From contig CAXXUA010000003.1 of assembly GCA_963663765.2 (NCBI GenBank), forward strand, positions 352,001 to 416,000: a DNA stretch of 64,000 bases. The letters run 5' to 3'. Positions within the stretch are counted from its first letter, which is position 1; each line of letters starts with the position of its first letter. The notes beneath the pieces are model-generated. The model saw only the letters and a program-made list of their open reading frames with translations, was not told where the DNA came from and did not search any database. This DNA is from Candidatus Poribacteria bacterium (GTDB lineage: Bacteria; Poribacteria; WGA-4E; WGA-3G). The translations under genes were made by a program, and so were the position numbers. Below, one piece after another: positions 11,084 to 22,229 of the stretch.

Positions 11084-12147
11084 ATCAAGACCAACTTCAA
11101 CTCCCAATCCAACCCGTAGAACAACCGATACTGTGCAGTCCCTACGAAGAACCAACTACACATTGGGTTTACGACTCACAAACAGGTGAAGCCTCCAAGA
11201 ACCCAGGACGCCGCGAGGCAGGGTACTGGTATAAAACAGAACAAACTGGTAGCCAACAGCTCCGCTTATTCCAAGAGGAGCAACGTGATGACCTACCGTT
11301 AGTGAACGCACTCCGTGACGATGTCCGGCGGTGGCGTAACTCAAAATACGAAAGTGCTACGAATGTAACAAAAGAACTGCTGCGGCATTGGGGACGCGAA
11401 GACTTGTTAAGACGACTCTTTTTCTGTCAACGCGAAGCGATTGAAACAATCATCTATCTCGTTGAAATACTTCAGAGGGAGAGAGGACCACGCTTTAATC
11501 CTAAATTTTCCAAAGATGATCTTTCCAAATTAGTTGATACCCCTAACGGATCCAGTTTTCCAGACCTCATTCGTTACGGTTGCAAAATGGCAACCGGCAG
11601 CGGTAAAACTGTTGTCATGGCAATGCTCATTGCGTGGGCATTTTGCAACCGTGGTAAAGTGCATTCTGATGAACGTTTCCCCGCAGCAGCACTTGTCGTC
11701 TGTCCGAACCTCACAATCAAACAACGATTGCAGGTTTTGCGCCCTGAAGATAGTGATAACTACTACGATGAATTTGAACTCATTCCAACAAAACTTCGTC
11801 CGTTGCTCAATAGTGGAAAGGTGTTGGTTACCAATTGGCATCAATTCGCACCTGAATCCGAACATAGCGAAGGAGGTAAAACCTACGCTGTTGTCAATAA
11901 AGGTAAGGAAACAGCAGAAGTTTTTGCCAAACGCGTGTTAGGGGAACTCCATGACCGCGCGCCTATTATGGTGCTAAACGATGAGGGACACCATGCCTAT
12001 CGTCCCGCACCGACAGAGGAAAAACTCTCTGTAGAAGAAAAGAGAGAACGCAAAGATGCAACCGTCTGGGTAGAAGGTTTGGACAAAATTAACACCGGGT
12101 GTGGTATCAAATTCTGTGTAGACCTTTCAGCTACGCCGTTTTACATT

Positions 12148-13238
12148 CAGGACTTACGCACTATAATAGATTTGTGCTATACTATTCCATTATGATTACA
12201 TTTACACTTTCCGACAAGAAACAAAGTTTATATTCAGATTATTGTCAATTTTTGTTATCAAGTTTTACAAACTTTACACAAACCTATATGGCAGACCATA
12301 CTGATAAGTGGAGCCACGATCAAATCAATCGGTTTCTGAGCGGTGAAAACATCCCCGCGAATGAACTTTGGAACTCGGTCAAAAACGACATTGAGTTTGA
12401 TGATGATGGCTACATTGTTTTTGACGATGTTGTGCTACCTAAACTCTATGCGAAAGAGATTGAGGTCCTCCGTTCTCAGTGGAGTGGTAGCGACAAAAAA
12501 GTCGTTAAAGGCATTGGTATTGTGACGTGTATCTATGTCAATCCAAAGACAGAAGAGTATTGGATTATTGATTACCGTATTTATGACATAGATCATGATG
12601 GTAAAACCAAAATAGACCATTTACTGGAAATGTTGCACAACGCGTACTCTAAAAAACAGTTACCGTTTCGGACGGTGCTAATGGATACTTGGTATGCCTC
12701 CATGCAAGTTATGAAAGCGATTGAAAAACTTTCTAAGATTTACTACGTGCCCCTGAAACGAAATCGTCTTGTAAACGATACGGATGGCGAGCAACCGCAC
12801 CAACAAGTCCAAGACCTATCTTGGACCCGGACAGAAATCCGGCAAGGGAAAAGCGTGCACATCAAGAAGTTTCCAAAAGGGTATCAAGTCAAGTTGTTCC
12901 GGATAGCCTCCTCTACCGGGCGCACGGAATATATTGTGACAAACGATTTATCTCAATCGGATGCGGATGCGGCACACCAAGAATGTCGTATACGTTGGAA
13001 GATTGAACAACTCCATCGTGAGATCAAATAAGTCACGGGTATTGGCAAATGTCAATGTCGCAAGTTGCGTGCCCAAAGAAATCATATTGCCTGTTGTTTT
13101 CAAATATGGGTCTGTTTGAAACGTGTTGCGCGTAAACTTGGCAAAACAATTTATGAACTTAAACAAAGTTTATTGGATGATTATATGCGATATCAACTCT
13201 CAAATCCATCGATAATCTTTGAGACTGCGTAAGTCCTG
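12148..13238 (+). mobile_element. IS701-family insertion sequence (1091 bp)
   Basis: 13-bp TIR CAGGACTTACGCA; 5-bp TSD ACATT (12143-47 / 13239-43); contains a DDE transposase. Confidence 0.92.
12192..13232 (+). pseudogene. IS701-family DDE transposase with a premature TAA at 13029-13031
   Basis: IVFDDVV, LMDTWYA, RWKIEQLHREIK*VTGIGKCQCRKLRAQRNHIAC; natural stop falls in the right TIR. Confidence 0.85.
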
Positions 13239-15328
13239 ACATTAAAGGAAGTGGTTATAGCGAAGGTTCGCCCTTCCCTTGGCTTGTAAGCGATTTTGGC
13301 TTAGTTGACGCAATTGAAAGCGGTATTACAAAGATTCCGTGACTCCCAGTGAGCGATAATACTGGAAGACCTGAACCGAAATTTTTCCGCTTATGGAAAA
13401 CAATTAATGATGCGATTTTACCAGCAGAAAGATTGCCCGGTAGAGCGCGAAAGCCAAAACCAGAAGTCGTCTATCGAGAAGCTGAAGATGCACTGAGAAC
13501 ACTTGCAAGTCAGTGGAAGGAACGTTTTGGATATATTGAAGAAGCATCGGATGCACAAGATAAAACACCGCCAGTGCTGATTATTGTTTGCGACAATACT
13601 GATATTGCAAATTATTTTTACCAAAGGATTTCCGGAGAACGTGTGATTGAGGATATTGATGAAAACAATATAAATGGAAAGGGAAAGAAAAAGGCAAAGA
13701 CAAAAGTATCTTATAGACCAGGATCCGTATTTCCCGAACTGTTTTCTAATACTGAAACTGTAAAAAGAACATTGCGTATTGATAGCAAAATGCTTGCACA
13801 AGCGGAAAGTACTAATCCAAATCAGAGCAAATCACAAGCCGCAGAGGCACTCAGAGAAATTGTTGCAACAATAGGAAAGCCTGGAAGGCCAGGGGCACAG
13901 ATACGATGTGTTGTCTCAGTCGCAATGCTAAATGAGGGATGGGACGCAAACAATGTAACACATATTTTTGGGTTGCGTGCATTTACCAGTCAACTGCTCT
14001 GTGAACAGGTAGTCGGACGCGGGTTACGTAGAATGAATTATACACCAGATCCAGAAACAGGTTTGCTTACCGAGGAATATGTTGATGTTTACGGTATTCC
14101 TTTTTCTGTTATTCCATTCAGAGGTAGACGTACAAAGGCACCCGAACCGGACGACAGACCAAAGAATCATGTCCGGTCAATGTCAGGAAGGAAGCATTTT
14201 GAGATCAGATTTCCGGTTGTGGAAGGTTATGCCTTTGCACTTCAAAAAAACGAAATTAAAGCAGACATTAAATCTATGGAACCGCTCCGCCTTGATTTAG
14301 AACATACCCCAACAGACGTTTTTGTAAAAGCTGCAGTCGGATATCAAATTGGGCAAACTACCACTTTAGGTCCTGGCGAATTTACTTCGCAGAATCGCCA
14401 AGAATACTATAAGACAACACATATTCAGACAATTAAATTTGAGATTGCAGGACAAATTGTCTGGAGATTAGTCGGTGATAGTGAAACCGTCCCTGACCCA
14501 CAGAGCAATCCGGGACTTAGACTAAGATCACGTCACAGGTTATTTCCACAAGTATTTAAGTTAGTTGATAACTATATTGAGACTAAAGTAGATTTCCGAG
14601 GCTGTGACGAGTGTGAACTCGGTCTTGAAAAATATGTAGCACTGATTGTTGAACGGCTTGTAGCAGCAATCCAACCCGATGAAACAGAAGGTGAAACGCC
14701 ACTGTTGCCTATTTTGAATCGCTACAAATCAGTCGGAACATCTGCAGCTGTGGATTTCTTCACTACCCGCGCGTGTCATGGAACACAACGTAGCCAAGTA
14801 AATCAAGTTGTATTAGATACGCAGAAATGGGAACGTTCAGCATGTTTTTGGTTGGAGGAATCTAATGCAGTAAAATACTATGTGCGGAACGACCATCTTG
14901 GGTTAACTATCCCTTATGAGTACTTGGGGATTACACACCACTATGAACCTGATTTTATAGTGAGGCTTCAGAACAGAGTCAACTTACTTTTGGAAACCAA
15001 GGGCTATGCTCCAGAGCAGACTCGCGCGAAACATGCAGGTGCCAAGCGATGGGTTTCTGCGGTAAACAACTGGAATCGGGAAAAACTCGGAGAACCAGAA
15101 CAGCGTGGCCCCTGGGCATTTTATGAATGCTTAGATTCACAGGAATTGCGGCATCATTTACCAGCTATTTTAGATCGGAGAATTTCGTTGGTAAGTTAAA
15201 GAGACATATACTGAAACAGCATTATAATAATTTTCATTGAGAAAGGACTGAAAACGACAAATTGCAGATATGTATAACAAAGTATAAATATTATAGTTAA
15301 ATCCAAAAATATGTATACACTCACTGGT

Positions 15329-15540
15329 AATACCTTCGCCATTTTTGAGTGCTTCAGTTGAATGAACATGTCATGCTGATCCAGCATTGATCTGTGCTAT
15401 AGTAGGATTACAAGAATAAGAATAACTTCAGGTTTTTGTTGAAGCATCATTAATTATCAAAGGTTCTAATTTAACATTAGGCATGCACAATCTGGAAGAA
15501 TGTGCTACCAAGATGCACAATCTGGCAGATTGTGCTACAG
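15329..15540. repeat. Dispersed ~200-bp element, copy 1 (copy 2 at 37509-37726)
   Basis: AATACCTTCGCCATTTTTGAGTGCTTCAGTTGAATGA identical, the rest diverged; followed by GCACAATCTGG REP-like units. Confidence 0.8.
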
Positions 15541-15587
15541 TTACCCACACAATCAGGAAGAATGTCTATTATTGACGAAGGTATTGG

Positions 15588-15675
15588 TTTATAGAACGAC
15601 GTTATCACCCTCTCTTGAGTTCCATAGGAACGACATAGAAGGTTAAACATATCGTCCCTACGGGACTGAAGAGTA
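15588..15675. repeat. REP-like element, reverse-complement relative of 35086-35330
   Basis: Shared AAACATATCGTCCCTACGGGACT and CTCTTGAGTTCC.TAGGAACG segments. Confidence 0.7.
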
Positions 15676-15770
15676 TGGTTGATATTAACAATATTTCCTT
15701 ATGTTGACACATATCGGTCTCTGTGCCCGCGATCTCTCATTTAATCAGTTTCGGCGGGGCACAGAGACCC

Positions 15771-16419
15771 CATAGGTGTCAACTTAAGAAAAAGTCAAGT
15801 GCTAAATACCCATCCCGGTAGGCGTGCTTTGTAAGTGCGCCGATAAACCCAGGATTGGCAACGGCGCACTTACAAAGCACGCCTGCAGGGGAGTGCGGGG
15901 GAGTGCGGGGCGCGCTTACAAAGCACGCCTGCAGGGGAGTGCCGGTGAGTGCGGGGCGCGCTTACAAAGCACGCCTGCAGGAGAGTGCGGGTAAGTGCGG
16001 GGTGCGCTTACAAAGCACGCCTGCAGGGGAGTGCGGGTGAGTGTGCGGGGCGCGCTTACAAAGCACGCCTGCAGGGGAGTACCGGTGAGTGCGGGGCGCG
16101 CTTACAAAGCACACCTGCAGGGGAGTGCCGGTGAGTGCGGGTGAGTGCGGGTGAGTGCGGGGCGCGCTTACAAAGCACCAAATCAACGGTATGAATGCGC
16201 GTATGGCATTCACCGCCTGCAGGGGAGTGCCGGTGAGTGCGGGGCGCGCTTACAAAGCACCAAATCAACGGTATGAATGCGCGTATGGCATTCCCCGCCT
16301 GCAGGGGAGTGCGGGTGAGTGCAGGGCGCGCTTACAAAGCACGCCTACCTTGAGTGAGAAAATCGGGATTTCAAGGTTTCCCTCCTACAATAATATGAAT
16401 CGCTAAATTGACACCTATG
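15771..16419. mobile_element. MITE (CATAGGTGTCAA ends) carrying an array of GGCGCGCTTACAAAGCACGCCT units
   Basis: TIRs CATAGGTGTCAACTTA / TAAATTGACACCTATG; flanked by duplicated CGGCGGGGCACAGAGA; about 9 core units with GGGAGTGC-rich linkers at 15860-16348. Confidence 0.75.
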
Positions 16420-16589
16420 CGGCGGGGCACAGAGATCCCGCCCTACAATGAAGAATGAGTAGTTTGTGCAAAAATTTTACACACCCTTAACGAATAAAAT
16501 GGTTGCTTGTTTTGTTAAAATGTGTTATACTCGTTTTGTCCGCTAAAACGTGATAGAATTGTTAATTTGATTTTCATGTAGGGAACATC

Positions 16590-17042
16590 ATGGACGAAGA
16601 ACGCCAAAATTCAGATGAAAACCAAGAAAAACTCTATGAACAGTACATTAAGCAGGACGAAGAGCTTTCTAAGCGCGATCTGTCAAATGTTGAGAATCTT
16701 GACAAAGCAATTCTCTCGTTGTCAAGTGCGGGTTTAGGTTTGTCGTTGGTATTCATAAGAAACGTAGTTAAACTGGCAGAAGCCTCACATGTGTGGTTAC
16801 TACACCTCTCTTGGTTGATGTTCGTTCTCGCTATTATTTCTACGCTCTCGTCCTATCTTTTTGGACAACGTGCTTTAGATAAGCAGCGCGAATTCAATGA
16901 AAAGTACTATCTGGAAGGCGACGAAGATGCTGGACAGCAAAAGTCCTTTGCCTCACGTGCAACAGGTGTTCTAAGTTATGTTTCTGTCTTTGCCTATATT
17001 GCTGCTGTTATTTGTACAGCCTTCTTCATTGGATGGAATTAA
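16590..17042 (+). CDS. Hypothetical 3-TM membrane protein
   Basis: 150-aa ORF, LDKAILSLSSAGLGLSLVF and two further TM segments. Confidence 0.7.
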   Translation: MDEERQNSDENQEKLYEQYIKQDEELSKRDLSNVENLDKAILSLSSAGLGLSLVFIRNVVKLAEASHVWLLHLSWLMFVLAIISTLSSYLFGQRALDKQREFNEKYYLEGDEDAGQQKSFASRATGVLSYVSVFAYIAAVICTAFFIGWN

Positions 17043-17116
17043 AAAGACTTATGCAAATCAATAGTTGTAGAGTAGTGCTAAAAATTCACACACATAAGAA
17101 TTAAAGGAGTTATATC

Positions 17117-17296
17117 ATGTCATATAAGAGAACCACAACTACAAAAACTAAGATCAATCAAATATTAGAAGCAGCTGGTCCAAGAATACCACCCCGGAAA
17201 CCGCCAGCGAAACCAGCGCAACCTTCACGGCCATCAAAACCTACTTCTCCTAAGCCTACTCAACCTTCTAAGCCACCTAAACCGTCTAAAAAGTAG
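17117..17296 (+). CDS. 59-aa Pro/Lys-rich small protein (below the ORF-track cutoff)
   Basis: AAGGAG RBS, ATG 17117, TAG 17294-96; MSYKRTTTTKTKINQILEAAGPRIPPRKPPAKPAQPSRPSKPTSPKPTQPSKPPKPSKK. Confidence 0.5.
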   Translation: MSYKRTTTTKTKINQILEAAGPRIPPRKPPAKPAQPSRPSKPTSPKPTQPSKPPKPSKK

Positions 17297-17333
17297 GGGC
17301 AATCTACACAACAAAACAAAGCTCCTTTTGCAA

Positions 17334-17517
17334 AGGGTGTGTAAAGTTTTGGTAACTGTGCGTAGGGGCGGGGTCTCCCTGGCCGAACCGAGGTTTTATG
17401 CGGGCGAGGAAACCTCGCCCCTACGAGGTCCACAGTTCTCTAACGTCAAGCAAACTTGATAGAAGTTGGACGGACTTCTTTTTATATCAGGGTTTCTACA
17501 AAAACTTTACACACCCC
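17334..17517. mobile_element. MITE with IS256-like ends carrying a REP doublet
   Basis: TIR GGGTGTGTAAAGTTTT / AAAACTTTACACACCC; 8-9-bp TSD TTTTGCAA; internal GTAGGGGCG...CGCCCCTAC. Confidence 0.8.
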
Positions 17518-17595
17518 TTTTGCAAAAAGCTCGTTGTTTCGCAATAATGTTTTCCGAGATGTCAGAAAACTGAAATTCTTATATGTCAATGCAGA

Positions 17596-18789
17596 ATGAA
17601 ATCAAACACAAACAAAGAATCTCACAACTACTTCTTACCACCACAAATCGCATTCGGGGAAGGTGCAATCACAAACTTGGCAGATTATGTCAAGACATTC
17701 GGTGGCAAAAAACCTTTTGTCGTTAGCGATGCTGGTATCCAAGAAGTTGGAATATTAGAACAAACACTTGCGTCATTGGTAGCAGAAAATATTCCTTATG
17801 CTACTTTTGTGGAAATTGAACCGAACCCCACAGATATTAGCATCGTAAAAGGTGTGGAAGTTTATCAGAAAGAGCAATGCGATGTTGTCATTGCTGTCGG
17901 TGGTGGGAGTGTGATGGATGCAGCCAAAACAATCCGTCTCTTGACAACACACGCACCACCCTTAGAGCCATACTATGTAGATTCAGATGGTGTAAATAAG
18001 ATCCGTGGTGATATGCCACCTTTGATATGTGTACCCACAACCGCAGGCACTGGCAGCGAAGTCTCACAAGGTGCAGTGATTACCGATACCTCATTACAGA
18101 CAACTAACCGATGGAGGAAACGCGCAATTGTCTCACGGTATAATATGGCAGACATTGCGCTCCTTGACCCAACCCTAACTATAAAGATGCCACCAGCACT
18201 GACCGCAGCGACAGGCATGGACGCGATCACACATGGAATTGAAGCGTACGTCGCAACAAAATATCACCCAATTGCAGAAGGTGTCGCACTGCAAGCCCTA
18301 AAAATGTTAGGAGCAAATATCCGAAAAGTTCATCACGACAGCAATGATATTGACGCAAGGGGTGAGATGTTATTAGCATCGTGTATGGCAGCGTTTTCAT
18401 TTCAGAAAGGACTCGGAGCAGTTCACTCAATTGCACACCAGTTGTCAACAGAAGCACCTATCCCACACGGTGTCGCTAACGCAATCCTATTACCACATGT
18501 AATGGAATTTAACCTTCCACATGTAATTGACAAATACGCCGATGTTGCAGATGCGTTAGATGTTAATATAGATGGCATGTCTAAAGGTGAAGCAGCGTGC
18601 GCAGCAATTGACGAGATACGCACATTGAACGAGGAACTCAATATACCAAATGGACTTGGTGAGGCGGGGTTAGACAGAGAAAAGATACCAAAACTCGCAG
18701 CAGATGCAATGCTTGACCACTGCCACAAATTCAATCCGAGACAATGCACACAAAAGGATATGGAAAACTTACTTGAAGCTGCATTCTAA
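17596..18789 (+). CDS. Iron-containing alcohol dehydrogenase
   Basis: GGGSVMDAAK, PTTAGTGSEV, GMDAITHGIEAY, HSIAH, PHGVANA. Confidence 0.93.
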   Translation: MKSNTNKESHNYFLPPQIAFGEGAITNLADYVKTFGGKKPFVVSDAGIQEVGILEQTLASLVAENIPYATFVEIEPNPTDISIVKGVEVYQKEQCDVVIAVGGGSVMDAAKTIRLLTTHAPPLEPYYVDSDGVNKIRGDMPPLICVPTTAGTGSEVSQGAVITDTSLQTTNRWRKRAIVSRYNMADIALLDPTLTIKMPPALTAATGMDAITHGIEAYVATKYHPIAEGVALQALKMLGANIRKVHHDSNDIDARGEMLLASCMAAFSFQKGLGAVHSIAHQLSTEAPIPHGVANAILLPHVMEFNLPHVIDKYADVADALDVNIDGMSKGEAACAAIDEIRTLNEELNIPNGLGEAGLDREKIPKLAADAMLDHCHKFNPRQCTQKDMENLLEAAF

Positions 18790-18927
18790 CTGCACCAACT
18801 TAATTGGAAAAGAATAATAGAATCTGTTTGCATACTTCCTCATTTTGAACGCTTAAAATGAGAATTTTAACGAATAAAAAAATATAAATTGTTTATAGTG
18901 AAATATACAATTAAGTTTACACTTGTT

Positions 18928-19491
18928 CTGTAGGTGCGATCTCCTAATCGAGACTGAATGCCTTGATAATCGGGAATCGGAGTTCCCTCATACAATACAC
19001 ACAATACCAAGATTTCTGTAGGAGCGACCTCCTAATCAAGACTGAACGTCTTGATAGTCGGGAATCGGAGTTCCCTCATACAATACACAAGATTTCTGTA
19101 GGAGCGATCTCCGATTCAAGACTGAACGACTTGATAGTCGGAAATCGGAGTTCCCTCATACAATACACACAATACACAAGATTTCTGTAGGAGCGATCTC
19201 CGATTCAAGACTGAACGACTTGATAGTCGGGAATCGGAGTTCCCTCATACAATACAAACAATACAGTCGGGAATCGGAGTTCCCTCCTACAATACACACA
19301 ATATAGTCGGGAATCGGAGTTCCCTCATACAATACACAAGACTTCTGTAGGAGCGATCTCCTAATCAAGACTGAACGCCTTGATAGTCGGGAATCGGAGT
19401 TCCCTCCTACAATACACACAATATAGTCGGGAATCGGAGTTCCCTCCTACAATACACACAATATAGTCGGGAATCGGAGTTCCCTCCTACA
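18928..19491. repeat. Cluster of GTAG-type REP units
   Basis: Repeated GTAGGAGCGATCTCC...AAGACTGAAC and GTCGGGAATCGGAGTTCCCTC(C/A)TACAATAC; related units near 46190-46255 and 48115-48183. Confidence 0.85.
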
Positions 19492-19554
19492 CCTGAAAGT
19501 GTAAAAATAATTCTAAAATCCACTATAATGCGTAAGAAAGACAGAAAGGTTTTG

Positions 19555-21777
19555 TTAGGGGGATATGTTGATTGGCACAATCCATCCCTTTGTATCCGCA
19601 GGTTTATACACATTATTCTGCAGATAATCGGAGGTGTGCCATAAACACAGACTTTTACCATCAGGCATCCAGACAATTGAGGCGAGTTCCATGGATGTTC
19701 GAGCAATCGGATATTTCTTCCTGCTGTCCAAATCATACACCCAAACCTTCCAATGTAGACCCGCACAGTCTTCACGTTCAAAGTATGCTAACAGATTTTC
19801 CGTTGGAGACCAGGCTGGGGCAGTGTGTTTAAGAATTTGGTATTTTGACGATTCTGTCGGAATTTTGGCAATGTAAAGCCGTTTATCAAGAAGCGGATCG
19901 GGACGATTGCTTCCAGATAGCACATAAGCAAGTTGTGAACCATCTGATGACCAGCGCAACTGATTGATACGTTGGTGTTGGGTGGAAATCTGTTCTAAAC
20001 GTTCACCCGCAGCAGTTTGGATTCGGATCGCAGCATAACGCGCAGTTCCGTTGCTGACTTGTTGATCTTGCATTACATCAAAAGCGAGTCGTTTTCCATC
20101 AGGTGACCATGCAGGGGCACGCGAATAGGTATCCGTATACACGGAACCTTTGAATAGGACCCGCGCAACAAGCCCACCACCACTGCCGTCACTATTGATC
20201 CGATAAATAGCATCATACCCTTTTTCGCGACGTCTAAATGCTAATTGATTTGCAGTAGATGACCAAGCAGGTGCTGCACCTTGAACCAATTTCCTGACAC
20301 GTCCCAATTCCCAATCAACTGTATGAATATATTTAGCATCACCCACCGTTGCCTCAAAAGCAATCAGACGACTATCCAACGACCAAGAAACATGTGGATT
20401 GTAAAAAGCACCCTCATGAAGTTTGCGTGCTTTCTGCCCATCCTTATCCATAATCCAAAGCTCGCTTGCCTTCCAATATCTTCCACCTAATTCGGTTCTT
20501 TTTAACATTGCAACGAGTTTACCATCTGGACTCCAATACGGATATTCCGCACCACTCACAAGATGAATCATCCGTGGAGTACCACAGTAGTTGACATTGA
20601 ATAGAACGCCATCTGTTTCCGAGAATTCTCCAAAAGTAAATCTATCTAACCAGACACTCGACTTGTTCGGTAACTCTACTTGAAACCTATCCTGTGTGGA
20701 CTGGAGAATTGGCAACTCCGTGCCATCATTCAAACGGAACAACGGAGAAGTTCCCTCTTTTTCGGCATACACTGGGGCATTATCACGCGTAACGATACCA
20801 TGTTTGCGTGTATCAGATGCAACAGGTGAGCTTTCTGTTGTGTTGGTAAAAGCATAGATATTACCATCAGTCGCAGTACCGTATAGGACTCCGTCGGAGA
20901 TTGCTGGGGCTGCGTTGACCGCACCTGCTGTTTGATAGGACCATGCCTCTGTTTTAGACGAAATGTCAATTGCCTGAATTTTTCCGTTTCTTGCCCCTAT
21001 ATAAACAAACCCGTTTGCAATTACTGGCAAACTCTCACTACCATCCGTATAAGAACGCCAATGAACAGCGTTATGTTGTGGAAGGATAGGACGAAATTCA
21101 GCATTATCGCAGCCATATTCTATTCCATTAATTCTAACGGTGCGTTGTCGTTCAGACTTCAATTGACCAGTAATCGCATCCAACATGTAGATCTTTGAAG
21201 GAAAAGCACCCGTATAGACAACTCTATCATAAACAACTGGCGGTGAATCCATCCATCCCTTGGTTTTGAAGTCCCAAAGCAGATCTCCTGTTTTCGCATC
21301 CAGCGCGTAAAACTTGTTGTCCCGCGTACTAAAGTAAACGCGTCCACCCCATATCGCAGCGGAAAAACGAATCGCACTCTTTGCATTGAAAACCCATTTG
21401 ATACCCCACTTTTTAGCATCTAAAGCGTATAACTTGCCATCTGATGAACCGACATAAAGAATACCATCTGCTATAACCGGTGAGGCAGTCAGGGGTCCAC
21501 CTGTCTTGAATTTCCATAGCAATCGGAACGGGGGTTTAAGTATCTGATCCGGACTCTTACCAGAGAACTGAAAGTCATGCATAAACATGTGCCAATCTTC
21601 AGCACGTAGAGGCGTGATGGGAGGAGAAATCTCTGCTGTAGGAGAACCGTCTTTCTGTTTAGATGAAGGTGTATTCTGTGCTTTATCGTCCGTATTACAA
21701 CCCGATAGCAAAAGCAACGTAACAAAAAGAGAAAATAAGGATGCTAAAATGGTTCTAAAATATGTAGTTTGAGGCAT
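19555..21777 (-). CDS. Lipoprotein with a PQQ-like beta-propeller and TolB/PD40 repeats
   Basis: Lipobox LLSGC; LYVGSSDGKLYALDA repeats; WSPDG repeats. Confidence 0.85.
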   Translation of the reverse strand: MPQTTYFRTILASLFSLFVTLLLLSGCNTDDKAQNTPSSKQKDGSPTAEISPPITPLRAEDWHMFMHDFQFSGKSPDQILKPPFRLLWKFKTGGPLTASPVIADGILYVGSSDGKLYALDAKKWGIKWVFNAKSAIRFSAAIWGGRVYFSTRDNKFYALDAKTGDLLWDFKTKGWMDSPPVVYDRVVYTGAFPSKIYMLDAITGQLKSERQRTVRINGIEYGCDNAEFRPILPQHNAVHWRSYTDGSESLPVIANGFVYIGARNGKIQAIDISSKTEAWSYQTAGAVNAAPAISDGVLYGTATDGNIYAFTNTTESSPVASDTRKHGIVTRDNAPVYAEKEGTSPLFRLNDGTELPILQSTQDRFQVELPNKSSVWLDRFTFGEFSETDGVLFNVNYCGTPRMIHLVSGAEYPYWSPDGKLVAMLKRTELGGRYWKASELWIMDKDGQKARKLHEGAFYNPHVSWSLDSRLIAFEATVGDAKYIHTVDWELGRVRKLVQGAAPAWSSTANQLAFRRREKGYDAIYRINSDGSGGGLVARVLFKGSVYTDTYSRAPAWSPDGKRLAFDVMQDQQVSNGTARYAAIRIQTAAGERLEQISTQHQRINQLRWSSDGSQLAYVLSGSNRPDPLLDKRLYIAKIPTESSKYQILKHTAPAWSPTENLLAYFEREDCAGLHWKVWVYDLDSRKKYPIARTSMELASIVWMPDGKSLCLWHTSDYLQNNVYKPADTKGWIVPINISP

Positions 21778-21802
21778 GGTTTTGCAAGTAACTTGTATGT
21801 AT

Positions 21803-21865
21803 AGAATTCTTGATATAACGAAAATCCGTTACCAATAATATAACATGTGGACATCTATGTGTCAA
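21803..21865 (-). promoter_or_regulatory. Sigma70-like promoter of the PQQ/TolB gene with a downstream palindrome; copies at 34911-34970 and 39211-39273
   Basis: Minus strand TTGACA-17 bp-TATATT; TAACGAAAATCCGTTA dyad. Confidence 0.7.
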
Positions 21866-22072
21866 GGATGTACAAAGTTCTTTCAAGGTTATTGCAAAAA
21901 CAGTTATTTTCTTTCCACCCGATGAGGTAAGTTTTGTTACGAGACAGTTTTTCATTGATGGCGGATAGATCGCTGGCAACCACTAACTCCCAATTTGATG
22001 GTGTGTTGAAAAGTCATATTTGGACTTTATTAAAAAAACAAATTAGATACAGAAATTTTGTTGAAAATATTA

Positions 22073-22102
22073 TTGACATATTTTTTGCCATTATGTTATC
22101 AT
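22073..22102 (+). promoter_or_regulatory. Sigma70-like promoter upstream of the tubulin/actin/ZorAB-like cluster
   Basis: TTGACA-18 bp-TATCAT with an extended -10 TG. Confidence 0.6.
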
Positions 22103-22229
22103 ATCATTTATAATTTACAGTTATTGTTTACACACTGAATTTAGGTTGACCTTCTTGTTGACCTTCTTGTTGATAGATCCAAAATTTATTGAAGGGCAAA
22201 GAAGACAACAATTGGATGTCGGTACTGAT

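Larger units (their letters stand above)
11080..15199 (+). pseudogene. res: Type III R-M restriction subunit (DEAD-like helicase + nuclease), interrupted by an IS and a TGA at 13340-13342
   Basis: MATGSGKT, DEGHH, LSATP, EGWDA, QVVGRGLRR, YEPDF..LETKG; removing the IS and one TSD restores [12 protein letters not shown]. Confidence 0.9.

Noticed and set aside
15860-16348. CRISPR array with short spacers
   Set aside because: Linkers are low-complexity GGGAGTGC/GGTGAGT permutations or a recurring module, not unique spacers
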